A stretch of DNA of 63,938 bases, counting the filler, from Choristocarpus tenellus KU-1152 (taxonomy: Eukaryota; Protista; Phaeophyceae), in assembly GCA_964200185.2 (NCBI GenBank). It is 4 parts of 4 records of this genome, joined end to end, with 100 filler letters (N's around TTAATTAATTAA, not from the genome) between each part and the next. Parts side by side here need not be neighbours in the genome. Positions count along the whole stretch, not along the records: positions 1 to 28,644 come from CAXNAD020000122.1; 3 more parts are not named here. The stretch is one strand, 5' to 3'. Made by a program: the position numbers and the translations under genes. Each line of letters starts with the position of its first letter. The stretch's first letter is position 1. Below are positions 12,981-26,851 of this stretch, piece by piece. A model generated the notes under the pieces. That model saw only the letters and a list, made by a program, of their open reading frames with translations, was not told the origin of the DNA and made no database searches.

Positions 12981-13161
12981 GATCCAGAGTATCTGGGGGG
13001 TGGTGGGGGGGTTACACCAGGATGTCCATTTGGGGCATAAGTGCACTTAAAAGTGCATTTACATGATCCATCTGACGTATGCAACCAAATCACCGAAAAA
13101 TCGCGACATGGAAAATTGACCCCAAATGTACAGCCGCCACCCCCCCCAGATACTTTGAGCC
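12981..13161 (+). mobile_element. MITE family C copy
   Basis: TIRs GATCCAGAGTATCTGGGGGGTGG / CCACCCCCCCCAGATACTTTGAGCC; TSD ACAT; shares the subterminal GTCCATTTGGGG / CCCCAAATG motif with family A. Confidence 0.75.
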
Positions 13162-13329
13162 ACATGGGGTAGAATACACACAGTAAATTCGTGGAGGATA
13201 GGAACCCCTACTCTGATCGCACCACCAACTAAACACTACGTAGGCTATGCCGGGGCAATGCCTTGTTGCAGGCTACCTTTACAGAAGAGATCTTGAGTCG
13301 ATCCCTTGTTCCTTAAACCTTCCTACAAG

Positions 13330-13860
13330 AACAAATCCTGATCTAGCAAAGAAACTGCAACTAATTAAATTTTACCAAATCAAAATTCTTAGCATTCGGA
13401 ACAGGTTGAAACTCGCTATGTATGAAAGACATCCACGAGGGGTTTTGTCACAATCGAGTTACTTAACAACTGACATATTAGATAAGATTTGGTGCGTTGG
13501 AACTAAAAGTGTGACATGATGAAAACAAAATTGACATTGTAAACCAAAAAACATGACCGGTAGGCCCTACATAGCTACTGATATTGATGCGATCCCAAAA
13601 TTTGGTGATTGAAGTTGAAAGAATCATGTGGAGATATTGACAAGAGGGTTCATAGTAGTGATTGTGCCCTGTAGCACCTTCCTATATAACGTCCAAGTTA
13701 TTTCATCATTCAGGGTAACATCATACTAATATGGCAACTACACACAATGTTAAGTGCCCTAAAGACGATCCCCTGCTGCTTGGCAACTTAGAAGGGGTTG
13801 AGCGAATAAATTCAGCAGCAAAATACAAAGTTTGAAGTTCTGTGCACTGAGTGCAAAATC
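13330..13860 (-). pseudogene. Possible KDZ/Zisupton-like transposase relic
   Basis: Minus-strand fragments in the expected order: ALNIVCSCH, YYEPSCQYLH..FW, CLSYIASFNLFRML. These resemble the C-H, YDxxC and LxYM motifs of KDZ transposases. Very degenerate. Confidence 0.3.
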
Positions 13861-16800
13861 CAACAAACAGAGACCTACCTCTATTTGGTGCAAAGGTCGT
13901 AAGGCCACCATGGAAATAAGCACAAAACAAATGACACTATCACCTTATTCCATTGCCCATAGAGCTTATACCTAGCAATAGTGATCACCCAGGAGACGAT
14001 CCGGGATAATGATCTTGTTCTGGATATGAGGAACTCTTTATTGGCAAAATCATGGAAATTGAGTTTATCTCACACCAAAAAAAGCGTCATATTGTGTGAT
14101 AGTACCTCAAAAATTCAACCTACAACTAGACCGATGTACTTTCCTCCCCCCCCCTCCCTCCCTCACCACCACCAAATCCCAAGAGATGAAAAATTGTTAC
14201 TTGGGAGAAGTGAGGGGTGGGGGGAGGGGGGGGGGTTGTCTCAGCGTCCATCTCCATCTTCATCTCCATCTTTTTCAAGGCAGTCATCTGTGGCCACACA
14301 AGGAGAGACAATACAATAGACGAGGATGGGGGTTGGCAGTACTCTCAATCTTACCCCTCTCCAAGCACGAAGATGTTACTTTTTCCCATATTTCACTTTT
14401 CCAGAACACACAACAATCCATTTCTTTCACTAAAAATTTGTAAAAAATTTAGGCTGCGAAATTTATGTCAACCTCTCAAAACGTTGAAAAGCAACCCCAC
14501 TACTGTTAGCATTTTCAAAATTCGACTTAACTTTCAACTTGGGATGCGATTACTAAATGTCTGATCAATGACACACACAAGGTGAGAACACTTTGCAATT
14601 TCTGAAAGGAGTATGGAGAAATAAACTTCCGATTGGAAAGGCCATTAGATTTCTGACATTGTGTATTTAGCAGGTCTACGGAAGTACCAAAATCATGAAC
14701 ACTGGCATTTTGCAGAATTTGTGTTGATTGCAATAGAGGCCTTATCATACACCAACATTTGTAGCATTTGCGATATCTTTGATAACAAGAAACAGATGTC
14801 TTCCAAACTATTCAGGAGTTTTTGCATTATATCTACTCATCATGTAGCTGTGAAGGATAGCGAAGCATTCAGGTAACCTGAGCAGTCAAGCAACATTCCT
14901 TAGACAAGCAACTCTATCGCACACTCCAAAATTTGGTGTCCCTGTCTGTGCGGGTAGGTACGGCAATTATGTTGTAATAGAACCTTTTCAATGGTGGCAC
15001 ATGTAAGATGGAAAACAAGCTCATTGGATAAGGCACAAGCCTTCACGATTTGGCAGTGCCCCAATGGGTGTCATCCTTGATTGCAACAATTAGGACTTCA
15101 AAGACAATACAAGCTTTCACACAAGGTGGAGCTTCTAGGCATTGAATGCATCAACAGAAATGGCAGCAACGGGTAGACCAGTGTCACACTGAGTGAGTGC
15201 CCTGATTGCAACAAAGCCCCCTTGAAAACGACCTCTTCAGTTGAGGCGGAGCTGCTAGGAGTCACTTGCACTAACGGAAATGGCAAGAAGCCTTATGCGA
15301 CCGAATGTCACCATTCTAATGCTGTGCTTGATGGTGATTGATCGCCTATGGGAGTCAGGGCATTCATACAACTCATGACGTTTGGGAGCATGAAGACATT
15401 GGCCGTGTAACAAGGGGGGGGGACTGTGCCTGTGCAAGTAGATTAACATGTATCTGTGTGTAGGATTTTTTAAGGCGTCACAGGCTAGGGCAGTGCTAGT
15501 CAACATAGACACAATTTACACTCTGAGTCAACTATCCAATGAATGATTGACATATAGCAAAATGGTTGCAGGTAGAAGGGTCAGGTAGGGTAGGGTAGGA
15601 GTGTCTGAAATAGCTACAACTAACTTGCTATGTACTTGAGTACTCCAAGTGGTGTATGTAATATTTGGCGTAATAGTTACCATGCATATTTTGTACCACA
15701 CGATAAGAACATTTTCATAGAAGCATAACACAGTAAACTAATTATGAATGGCACATGTGATTTAGAGGGCCTGTGCCATTTTGCGGACTGCTGATGTGGC
15801 TTGACGCAGACTCAACTCAACCCAGGTGTATTGAGTTTTGTGAATATGGCAAACTCTCACGTCCAAAGTGCAGGCACTAAACCCTTTGATATTGCATCAG
15901 TCAAAATAATCTCAGACTGACAGAAATACTACATGGCATAATCCAACATAAAAAATGTTACTGATAAACAAACTTCAATTACCCTCCAGTATGGTGCTGG
16001 TCACCAAAGTACCTCCACTCCCTAAAACTCCATCAATGCTTGGGTGATCCTTGACACAGGCCTAGTCTCAATGCCAGGGGCGAAGAACTTTCAAGGCAAG
16101 GAAAACGAGTAGGCAATGGCGCTCACAAGCAGACCTTGGCCGCTTTTCCCAACAGATGTAGTAGTCTGTTTTGTCTGATAGTATCCTTTTTATACCTCTT
16201 GTACTACATGAGACCTAACTATTTGACATTTTTTTTGGTCGCTTTGCTCATCTATACAACTTTACTTTTAACAGGATGCATGGAATTCAGCATGAGTTAC
16301 AGTCCATCCTCCACATTGCGAGGTCAGTCAAACCTTGGACTTGTGCCACAGGAAGAGGCACCATTAGAGTACAAAATCATGAAAATAAAAAAGCGCTAGT
16401 TAGAAGAACAAATCTAATGTATGCGGTACCTTACTCAAGTAGTGAGCAGCTCTACACAAAATATTTGCCCACCTCTATGGGTCTCTGCATAGATAAGGAA
16501 CACCAAACGCGATCTATGCCAGAGTACCATTCTCGACATGATCCAACCGTAACCCAATCGTTCAGGACACGGCTCACTTTCTGCCATTTACATTGATCTT
16601 CACTGCATATGTGCGAGTGGCAAAGTCCTTGTTAGAGATCAATATGAGTGGAAACCCAAATTATATCAATGAGTTCCACACCTGAATGACTTGTTCTTCG
16701 TTCAGGCTTGGAAGGAAAACTGCATTTGTGCCATCCTACCTTGAAGGGGGGTACTGCCAAGTATTTGGGGCCCTCGAGACTGTCTTTTGGTATACGTTTT

Positions 16801-19800
16801 TCTTCTCTCTGGGACATATTATGCTCGTGCGGACGGATATTCATCTCTTCTTCTACAGTGACAGCATCCTAAAGTGGGTTAGCTGCATTTTAGGCATGGG
16901 AAATTGGGTGTCAGGCACAGAATTTAAAATGCCCCACATACTCAAAAGTAAACAAGGAGGCACCTGTCTCTAAGATAGGATGGCTCTTTACACTTTTTGA
17001 ACCTTTGTTTCTATACACAAGTAATTCCCAGAAGGGAAACCTTGAAAAGGGTATACCCATATTCTGTCTGAGAAATAGTGCAAGAATGACGTATCAAGAT
17101 GGGGTGGCAAAAGCAGATACAGCAGTGATGCGAATTAAATGTTTTGTGTGCACGGATTTGTTGGCTTAGATTATTTTAAACACCTAATATCAGAGTTGAA
17201 AAACTCACAACACGCCTTAAGAATGGATCTCTAGAATAAGGCATACACACAAGAAAATGTCAAACTAATATAAAGTTTCAATTACAATCTGGACTATTCC
17301 TTGCTTCATTGAATAGTAGTGGCATTACCACCATGATCGAAAGGAGTAACATACACAAATTTCAGTAGCAATGGAGCCCCAAGAGGTTTGATGAAGATAG
17401 GGACAACTACACAGATTCATTGAAAAACCCAATTGACATTACACTTCAAATTACCCATACCATGCTCTCTTTTTCAGTTTCATTCGAACCCCATACCCCC
17501 AATCATCCACAGCGTAACAATGGTGTACCAACCTATGTTGTGTCAGTGTGGGCCCAAAAATGTCGCAGACGGCAAGGTTGATGATCAGGACAAAAATATA
17601 GGAGCATTTTCACAGCCAGCTAAATAAGAATTTCCCCACTCTCTGCTATCTTGGAAATCAGCAGCAGTAGATCCAGAGTGGTATGGTGCTACGCATTTTA
17701 AAAATTTTCCGCAACGACTGTCAACAACTTCAAAAAAAAAATGGTCATGCAATACTGTTTGACTAAACCGAAACTCTAGAAAAAACCCATTCCCGACAAT
17801 GATTTCCTTGAAACTCAAACAGTCAGACAAGCTACAATTGGAACACTGAGACAAACAAGACGTCACTCCTTTGCAAATAATCCTGACAATGAGATCCATT
17901 AAGAGTTGGCATTAATTATCAGTGGCAGCACAACAACAATCATATCCAGGAGTGGGCAAAGGTACGTACGTGGTCTCATTCACACTGTGCTTCAAATATA
18001 CCTGAGTAGATTTAACTACGTGTAAGAGTTGCCAACAGGCAAAGTATCTCATGCTGTACACATCCCAGTCCCCTCATGCAAGAGGACAGCACCGGTTCTA
18101 AAAACGACATCATGAAAGAGTATTCTGGATCACAGCAACCAATTCTTGAAAAAAAAAAAACTTGACGAGAAAAAGGCGTCTCCATGGGCGAGCTCACAAG
18201 CATCTCTTGGAGCTACCTTTTTAGCCGTGATTAAACTTTGCCCGTGTAAAAAGAGTCAGATTTTAAATATAAAAATGAATCAGGCCATCTGCATCACACG
18301 TGCTGGTCTATGAGGCAGGCAAACACACACACACATACAAACGCCAGCATAGTACAGAAAGGAATGAAATAATAATAAAAATATCTTTTACCTCCCCTTG
18401 CACACAAAAGTTCAGCAGCAGTAAATAGCAATTCCGAAGTACTTCTTCAAAGTGAGAGTATAATACATGCTTTGTGTTTCAATGTACCATCCTTTCACCC
18501 TTCAAAGGGCTCTCTCATCCTCACCATCCCGCTCTGCGGTGAGAAGCCTTACAACCTACTCAGTGCAGGATCATCCACTAGCAAGTGTTATCTCTGCTAT
18601 ATTGTGGGCGACTCTCTCCAATAGAACCCAGACCATCCAGTTTCCTTTGCTGCATTGCAACACCAGACTCCAAAATCGTTTGAAAATCCCTGACCCCAAA
18701 GTCCCCCCTGCGTCATGTTCAATTACTACCATGAGGCTATTGAAAAAGAAAAGGACACTAGGTCATGGTATCCACAGCTGGCACGTGGAGGATTTTGGTT
18801 GCCTTTGATGTAGAGCAAAAAGTTTCCAACTTACTCAAATATTGGTAGAATTGCTTGCAGATTTCAGTCAAGTGACAAGGAGGCTGTTACTAGTATTGAT
18901 AGTATTTGAACAAATCAGGTTGTCGTTTGCTTCCCCCTTTTCATCTGCCTTTCTCATCTTCATGTCGTACCTGTTGGGCGTGTGAGCTGCAGTAGCGGAA
19001 GGTTTCCCAATGTTGGGATGGCCTTGCTTTGACAATGGAGGGATGCTTCTACAGCCTTCATTAAGGTAATTCCACAGAGCAATAAACAAGTTTAGTGTTA
19101 GGTGTGTACTATTGCAGTGATGGCCTTAGGGCAACAGCCGAAGTCCAATGTAGAGATTGAAGGCACAGTCAGCATGTGAAGCTTGCTTTCACAGTCTTAC
19201 AAATATTGAGGTTTGTAGTGTAAGGCGATTTCTACACCCATCACATTTCCTGCAGACAGCACCACAAGATCACCACAACCCATCCCTCTTCTCAAAGTTA
19301 TGCTTGAATGGGCACCATAATGATTGTTGGCAACCGATGTTGTACTTGTTAAAATGACCAATCGGAAGACGAGTGCATTAGTGCACCAGTCATCACGATA
19401 TGAAGGTGAGAGGTAAGGACAGGGAATGGCATTGGAATGGCTTCTGCCGTATAATGCAATTTTCAAATCTCAGCGGTCAAAGAGTTCCCGCGACCGGACC
19501 TTCAGCGCCCTTCCTCCCTTCCTCCTGAATCGCACAACCCAGTGATACAAGGCATACACAGGAGCATCAGGATCAATTCGTTCCTGTGCGATTCCTTCCT
19601 CATTGCTGCCAAGCTACACATTTGTCTTGAGTCGTGTTGGGAGATTCTCTTCTTTTTCAACGGGACCACCTAATCACAACAGTGTGCTGTAGTAGCCAGG
19701 GTTCTCGCCCTCTTTTCTACCTCTGCCCTTCGGAAAAAAAAGAGTACACAATTTGAATTCAGAAGTCCACAAGACCAACTCTATCCACACCTATCACACA

Positions 19801-22300
19801 GCACCCCTTGAGACAATGCCCGGAGCTTCTCCAATAGCTACAATTCTCTTTCCTCAACCCTGACTGCCTGAGACTCATTTATCAACCTCTCTTATACATA
19901 TCCTCAATCCCAACTTTCGAACGGTAACTAATTGAAGAACCAAATCTAATGTCTCACGCCACCTCCCTGGTCAAGTGGCAGAATCATTTCAATGCCTTTT
20001 GAGAACCAGTGCTCGCAATCTTGTCACATCAAATCATCAACCATGCTCAGCTCTAGGCATGATACACTATCTACTGTACTATGACGAGACTTCTGAGGGG
20101 AGGGTCATGCCCTGTGTGTTGGTGGGGGGAGGGAGGGGGAGGGGGAGGGCAAAAATCTTCTGTCCTGGTACACTCAATTTTGTAATAGCACCAAATAAAA
20201 TCTTGTACCACCAGGGAGTAAAATACAGTCAGGGCCCCACTTTTTTCACCCATCCCCTCAGCAAGCTCCTATTGTCAAGTTTGAACTGTTCACAAGGAAA
20301 CTCCAGACCAATTAGCTTCTCTCACCTGCAATGGGCGGAGCAGTTCTCTTCGCCTAGTTTCGCCAGCTCGCCTGAGGTAGGGCATTGAATTAAACCACCA
20401 ACGAACAAGCACAATTCACAAATGTGCACAAAACAGTTGCGAGCAGGTGATGCCAGAAGTAGGAGGAGGGTGCACAGCTTGTGGGAGGTGACATGTTTGG
20501 GTCCAACTCTTCCCCTTTCAGCAAATCTTAAGTTGAGTACAAACGCTGACCATTTTCAGTGCCTTCATTTGCACTGTTGTTACTACTTCAGTAGACACAA
20601 TAGGCTAAACCTGTACAGCAGCCCCCCAAATCGACGATTTAAGGCTTCAAAGGACCAGGCTGTTGTCTAAAGTTCGAGGGGGTGGGTGAGAAGTGAAGAG
20701 AGGCCTTCAGAGAAGGCTTCAGTAGACATCAACTTGCGACTTAAGGGTCTTGATTCTTGGCAAATGAACCCATCCTAGTCAGCCCTACTCAGTGATGGGG
20801 CAGGAGCATCCCCAAACCTCTCTACGGTACAATATTGAATTCGCAAGGCTCAAAATTACTTGAACCATGGGAAGGAATCCAAAAGCATGATATACCCTTG
20901 TCTTGGCAAAGGACCAAATAAGAGTATGCCTAGCAAAACTCATCTCCTCAGGTAATTCCTGCCAATCCGTTGCATCTACTATTTCCTTCAAGCGCCATAA
21001 TTATTGCTATGCAAAAAGAGTGTATTATGATGCACAGTAGTAATGAGTACTGTATTGTTGTGATGGAGGAATGGATCTGTGGATGAAAAGCTAACCATCC
21101 TCGCAAAGGCGAACGTGTCCCAGCTTTCTATTCCCCCAGCAACTCGAAACGACCCCAACCCCAGACAAAGCGATGGAGGTGGCATTTGCAGTCAGTTCAC
21201 CGATCTGTGTCAAAAGTAAACCTTGTTATACCTTCGCGCGGAGAAGAAAATGTTGTGCATGTTCGACTACGAACCTTCGACACTACAGTATTAATATGCC
21301 CCGCCAGCTCTCGACAGAACTACCAATCGCAGAACCTCACACTGTCGAAATAATGAATTGGGATTGAACGTTAAACACTGCCCTCGATGGTTAACATGAT
21401 CATCATTCTTCAGATTCAGATTCGCCACGAGTCAGCCACCGATGCCGAGAAGTCTGTGAGGGCCCCAATCTATGCCTCAAGTCGGGAGCCTTAGACAGTC
21501 GTAGCAAGGTATGTATGTTTTATCCCTTAGTCTTTGATTGAAGCTTAAGAGAGTTGGGTAACGAATTCAAGGAGGCAAGCTGATGCTAAACATGTATTCA
21601 AGAGTAGGGCGGTGGTAGTTCGACATGATTGTCCCAATATGAAAAAGGGTTAAGAGCAGTCAAAATCTGACGTTTGGCTGAATACACAAAGCGCGAATGG
21701 ATGGAGCGATAGAAGCCACGCTGTGCACCACTCGTGACGCCAGGTTTTGTAACGTAGTCAGCCAGTACAAAGAGTTGTAAACCAAACATGTACTGCCAGG
21801 CTAGGACAGATCTCAGCCAGAGTGGACGTGGAAAGATAATAAAGAACAAGCGAAGTGGATCATCCTGTGGATGTGATGGTCATTGGCGCAAGGAAACATA
21901 TCCTGGACTAATGATTCCAATGGGGGCACGAAGAACAGTCGATCCGATCTCAAAGAGGGTTCTTATCTTCCGACAACACTTGGGAGTCTTCTACTCCACC
22001 AACTCTTGCTCTCACCCTGCTTGCAACCTTGCACCCCTGAGCGCAGCCCTGCATCCTAACCGTGCCACACGGCACGCGCATGAAGCCCACACCATCTGTG
22101 GGACGAGGGTGTTGGTACAGCAGTATCTGTACAGCAGGAGTGGCGAGGACAAGATGAGGATGTGTTGTTAGACAAGAGTACGAAGAACGCCTCTCCAAGG
22201 TCATAGCGTTATACTCACTACAATCCTTTGAATATGGGGATAGATGCTGGCATGAACACAAGAAGTCACTACAGAATTGTGCCTCGTTTTTTTGACGTAG

Positions 22301-23219
22301 ACCTCCCCGATGGGAATGGATTACTCCTTCCGATCACAGGTTGGGGATTCCCAAGATAGTACGGAGGAGTCCTTGGTATCAGAAGGCGGCCACAGGCGAA
22401 GAAATGTCCGTAGGCGTACAGCAAACCATTCCCATGACCCCATTGTACGATCGACATCGCCAACGACAATTCCTGGGACTCCCCGGAAACCATATCGGGG
22501 CTTCGGATCGAAAGAGAGCCTTAAATTGCTTATGGCCTTGTGAGTGCGTGCTACAGTCCTCTTAGTCGAGCTTGATAGTCTTGGGGGTCCTGCTAATGTT
22601 AAGCTCCATTCCAATGCTTTGCTTCCCTGATGACATTTCCTTACTTGAACCCCTAACGTCTCAAGTGGATCGCCGAGTTAGATGTCGTCCAGATCTCGCC
22701 AGGTAAAGTCTGGAGGTGTGGATTTCATAGCTGTTGTGAAAGCTATGTTTAAATGCAACAGAGTGAGATAGGACCTTTGTGAATAGGGAGGGGTCAACTG
22801 CTCTGACCATAGCTAACCCAAGGACTAAGTCAATAGTCATTATACTTTTGCAAATACCAAGGGGTGTTCCTCATTCTACCCATCCTTTTGCCCCCCTGTT
22901 ATCGACCGTCCTCAAATCTCCCTCGAAAAGGGCTTTCCTTCTGTTCGTCTCACTTATCATATTTGGAAGGTTCCCCAACTTCCGTAGAGATCCCGCCGAT
23001 GGAGATGGCGTGAGCTGGCAGGCGGCCGCAGGTAGTCCTGAAGTACCTATCGCCCCAGTTTTGAACATCAGTGGAAGCAGGAAGCTGCCGGGCATAGAAG
23101 AAAACAGATGGCCGGTGCGTGTGCCTGTGGACCAAGAGTCCTGGGTTTGTGGAAAACTCTTTCTTCCCTCTTTTGATCATTCGCACCTTGAAGAGGAAGA
23201 CGCTGGGGAAAGAAAATGA
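22301..23219 (+). CDS. Hypothetical spliced protein, 3' exons (unknown function)
   Basis: Candidate AG/GT-bounded exons ~22301-22539, ~22666-22702 and ~22970-23219 (FPNFRRDPADGDG...EEEDAGERK*). Upstream exons unresolved; no recognisable domain. Confidence 0.3.
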
Positions 23220-24183
23220 TAGAAGGGTTGTCTGAAAATGCGGCTAATCTCCCTCGATGGCATCTTTTACTTGCAACGTGTAGCTATCACTGAAGGCTTA
23301 CTGCCTTTACAACTATTGATCTGACCTCTCCCTGTGCCTCATAGTGTTCCACCCTGCAAAGAATGTGACTACGAATGTACATTGGGCAGATTGCGAGCGT
23401 AGAATTCCAGCATCTTAAGAGGGTCTTTGTTTCCCCATCCTTTCCCTTACCTGACGGAAATTGGCTCAGGGGATTTGTGGTGTTCCCGTTGAAGCCAGAA
23501 TGGTCCCAGTTGAAGGAAGCCTGGAAGTGGCCCTGCATATATGTGATGCTCAATGGGGTGACATGTATCACCGACCCCTGGACTTTGTTTCCTTCAGGTG
23601 AATGACCTATCCTTTCAGTGAGCTCCCTGGTTTTTGTATTGCCCACTCTGTGGCGAAGACGTTTTGTTGTAGAATTTTTAAAACTCTTTTGGGGTGATAT
23701 ATGAGTTGAAAGTGTACTTCCTTACCTCTGTTTTTTCATGCTGACATTCTGCCAAGCATCAATCGAGAGTGACTTCAGTCGCTGTTGTCTTCATTGTTGC
23801 CATATCTATGACATTTCTATCGCATGCACTGCAACATCCAACTTTGAACCCACTCACTCTAGCATTGTTGTTGCCATCACCCAAATCAATATCATGAACA
23901 CCAACACTAAAATCGCCACCAACCTTGCAGAGCAATCACTGCCCGCACCAATGATGTATGCACACCACTGTTGAAACCATAACTAGTGCCAAAGCGAATT
24001 ACGCTCCACCTTAGACTTCCTCTCCTCTAACCTGTATGGGAGCACTACTTGCCTGCCATTGCCTTCGCCATTGATGTAAAGATTACTTGCCACTGCTGCG
24101 ACCATTTCCATATTATTTGGAATTCCCACTAATCCTTTTGTACAGCTATGCATACCCGTTCTCACTCTAGAGTATGATACAAT

Positions 24184-24217
<34 letters not shown>

Positions 24218-24497
24218 CAATTTAAAGTGAAAAGCATGATTAATTAGGGTGATGGGGAGGAGTCCCCTGTTGCTCAGAGAGAATTTTGAAGCTCACCTTG
24301 TCTCTTTAAATTGGGTCTTACTGTAGGTTATGCCTGAGTTTGGAATGTACGCGATCTCTGTAGGCAAGGATAGGTGAAGTAAACGACAGTATCCATCAGA
24401 GTTAAGGCAGGGTGCACGCTACCAAATCACAATTTGCTGGAAACTGTGCATAGCTGTGCATGAAACACGCACAAGCATGCATGGATGTATGCATTTA

Positions 24498-24528
<31 letters not shown>

Positions 24529-26739
24529 GCTAAGCGCTTGCTATTGGTCCAATTACATATTGGTCACTATCTACTATAGTACTCACGCAAGATTGGTTGT
24601 CAGGAAGACACGACAACCACTATATATAACCTCGATCACCCGAACAGCTCAACCCAAGTCCTTTTTTCGCTCGGGCAATGTACAAACAGTGCGCTTGCTG
24701 AGACATCTGGGTGTGGGAAGGGATGCAAGGGGGGCGGAACGGAGTGCTTTGTGGCGCTTTCCCATCTTGAGGTGAAGAGATCTCGCAGTGTGTTTGTTAT
24801 GGGAAACAATAGAGCTTGGGGGATGGCAGTCTTACGCTGAGGTTTGGGTTGTATTTGTGGTGCCTGACTTGTGACATATGTGTGTGAGACTGACTCCTTA
24901 CAATGTCATTGGCCCTTCTAACAACCAACCTACAATTGATGCAAGAGCTCGGTCAGTTTCAGTTTTGTGGGAAGTCAGGGATCAAGAGCAAAGTGATTAT
25001 TAGTTACAAGGTGTTCAAAAAAAGATTAAACTTTTTAATATGCCAGATGCGCTTGGCACTTTGGAGAATTGTTGTTGCAAGTTCTATTAGTTGGTGGCTA
25101 CTTGGGTCATACCAAGATCAATAGTAATAGTAGTAATGGTATTGGGGTGGGTTAGGGGGTGTTCAAGAGTTTGCTGAGATATTGACCGAGCGTGCCCGAT
25201 AGACCATCCCATTGGTCAGAATGTTGCCTTTTGTGGTGCATCCCCTACCCCCCCTATCTCATTGTTGCTTCTCATTTCGTTGTCTTCCGGCGTAAAAAAA
25301 AACGGTCTGGGATGTATGCACTCATTGGATGACTAATGTATCGTACCAAGTGGCGCGGAGAGGAGGTGATCCTCGTCCTGAAAGGTTCGAAGTGGTTTCA
25401 TTTGTACTGGTTTCCAAATGGGAACGATTTATTACCTACCGCTGAGAGAAAAAAAAGAAGAAAAAGAACCATATATTTCTTATTATTTTAGTAATCCGTA
25501 GTCAACCTTCTGTTCTAAGTGCTCTACAACTAAGATTGACTCGAAAGTAGCGGGGGGGGGGGGGGGGGGGGGGATTTGAAGCGCAATGTTGCTTCCGGGA
25601 AACCTTGCCACTCATTCGGTTTGTTGAAGTAGATCCCACAACTTGAACTCGTAGTGTCGGGAGCCATAGCGATTCGTGATTCAGATCAATTGAAGAAAAG
25701 CCTGATATCAGAACCGAATCTTCTGATCAATCAGTTATCTTCTTTTGTGAGTGCGAAACCGTTTCAGTTCCTGGTCATCGCAGCAGTTCCGACACGTGAG
25801 TGGGCTCCCTGGTCTACCTACCTCCAAAGGAACTCGAGCGGTAGCAGAGAGCAATGAAAAAAAAAATAGAATGTGGTTGGTGACTCTGTCCCTGGGGAGG
25901 CCCTTTCACGTTTGTGATCAGTACTTCAACCTATTTATTAGATGATCCTGACAAAATATTTCCAGTGGTATTGCACTCTTTGGCTTGTATTTCGATGGTG
26001 GACGCAATTTTGTGCTCCTGCTCCTGGGGAAGAATACGGTAGTATGTACTTGATGTGTATATTTGGATCGTGTCAACCGTTCCCAACACATGTTGTGCAA
26101 GAACGTAGCGATTCATCCCAAATATAGACTGTTCAGGGTCCGTTCTAGACCTCCCTCCTCTTCGTGCTATGACGTTGTTGTCAAACCTAACTGGATTGGT
26201 TGCTTGTGTGGGTTTCGACCCTTGGCTCCTTATCTCATCTTTCGTAGATGCGTTAGACTCGGGAGTCTCGTCCAATGACGTACAAAGTTATCCAAAGTTG
26301 GTTGGTTAGCTAGAGCGCGTTTGGATCCTTGAAGACCGAATTCTGTACCTGTCGATTTTGGTACAATCTCGATTGCACTAAGAGGAGCGATTGGGTTGTT
26401 ACTCACGCAACCTGATGGCAGAAAGGAGTATGCTTCAAGGCGTACGTACTCGGAAGCAAGCGTGCGCTTTTGTATGTTTGACATCCCGGCAGGTTACACG
26501 CCGCGGTCTGTTCGCAATGAGGCCCCCCTCACTGCTAGTACCACTATTGCCTCTGCAGAGTTGCTGAAGTGCTTGGCGTGCTGAGGTCCGCCGCACTAGA
26601 AGCGCTGACGGGGGTGTATGGGCAGAACGTGCACTGAATATACATCATTTTGCGGGGTAGAGAGCCATCGCAACAGGTGCCCATCTGACTCGTAGTACCA
26701 CAGTGATACTACTATTGCATGTGTAGAGCTGAACGCATC

Positions 26740-26851
26740 CTGACTGTACATGAAACTGTCGCTGATTGTACATGAAACTGTTGCTGACTGTACATGAAAC
26801 TGTCGCTGACTGTACATGAAACTGTTGCTGACTGTACATGAAACTGTCGCT
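26740..26851. repeat. 22-bp minisatellite x5 (CTGACTGTACATGAAACTGTYG)
   Basis: Five units with strict alternation of the TCG/TTG variants. Confidence 0.9.

Noticed and set aside
18400-19500. Degenerate coding-like minus-strand region (MULE-like?)
   Set aside because: No diagnostic motif; many stops in all frames.
20086-20268. Another GAG...CTC short inverted-repeat element
   Set aside because: Short imperfect IR, no TSD, single copy in the window.
26740-26851. CRISPR-like repeat array
   Set aside because: Units are contiguous with no spacers, there are no cas genes, and the context is eukaryotic.
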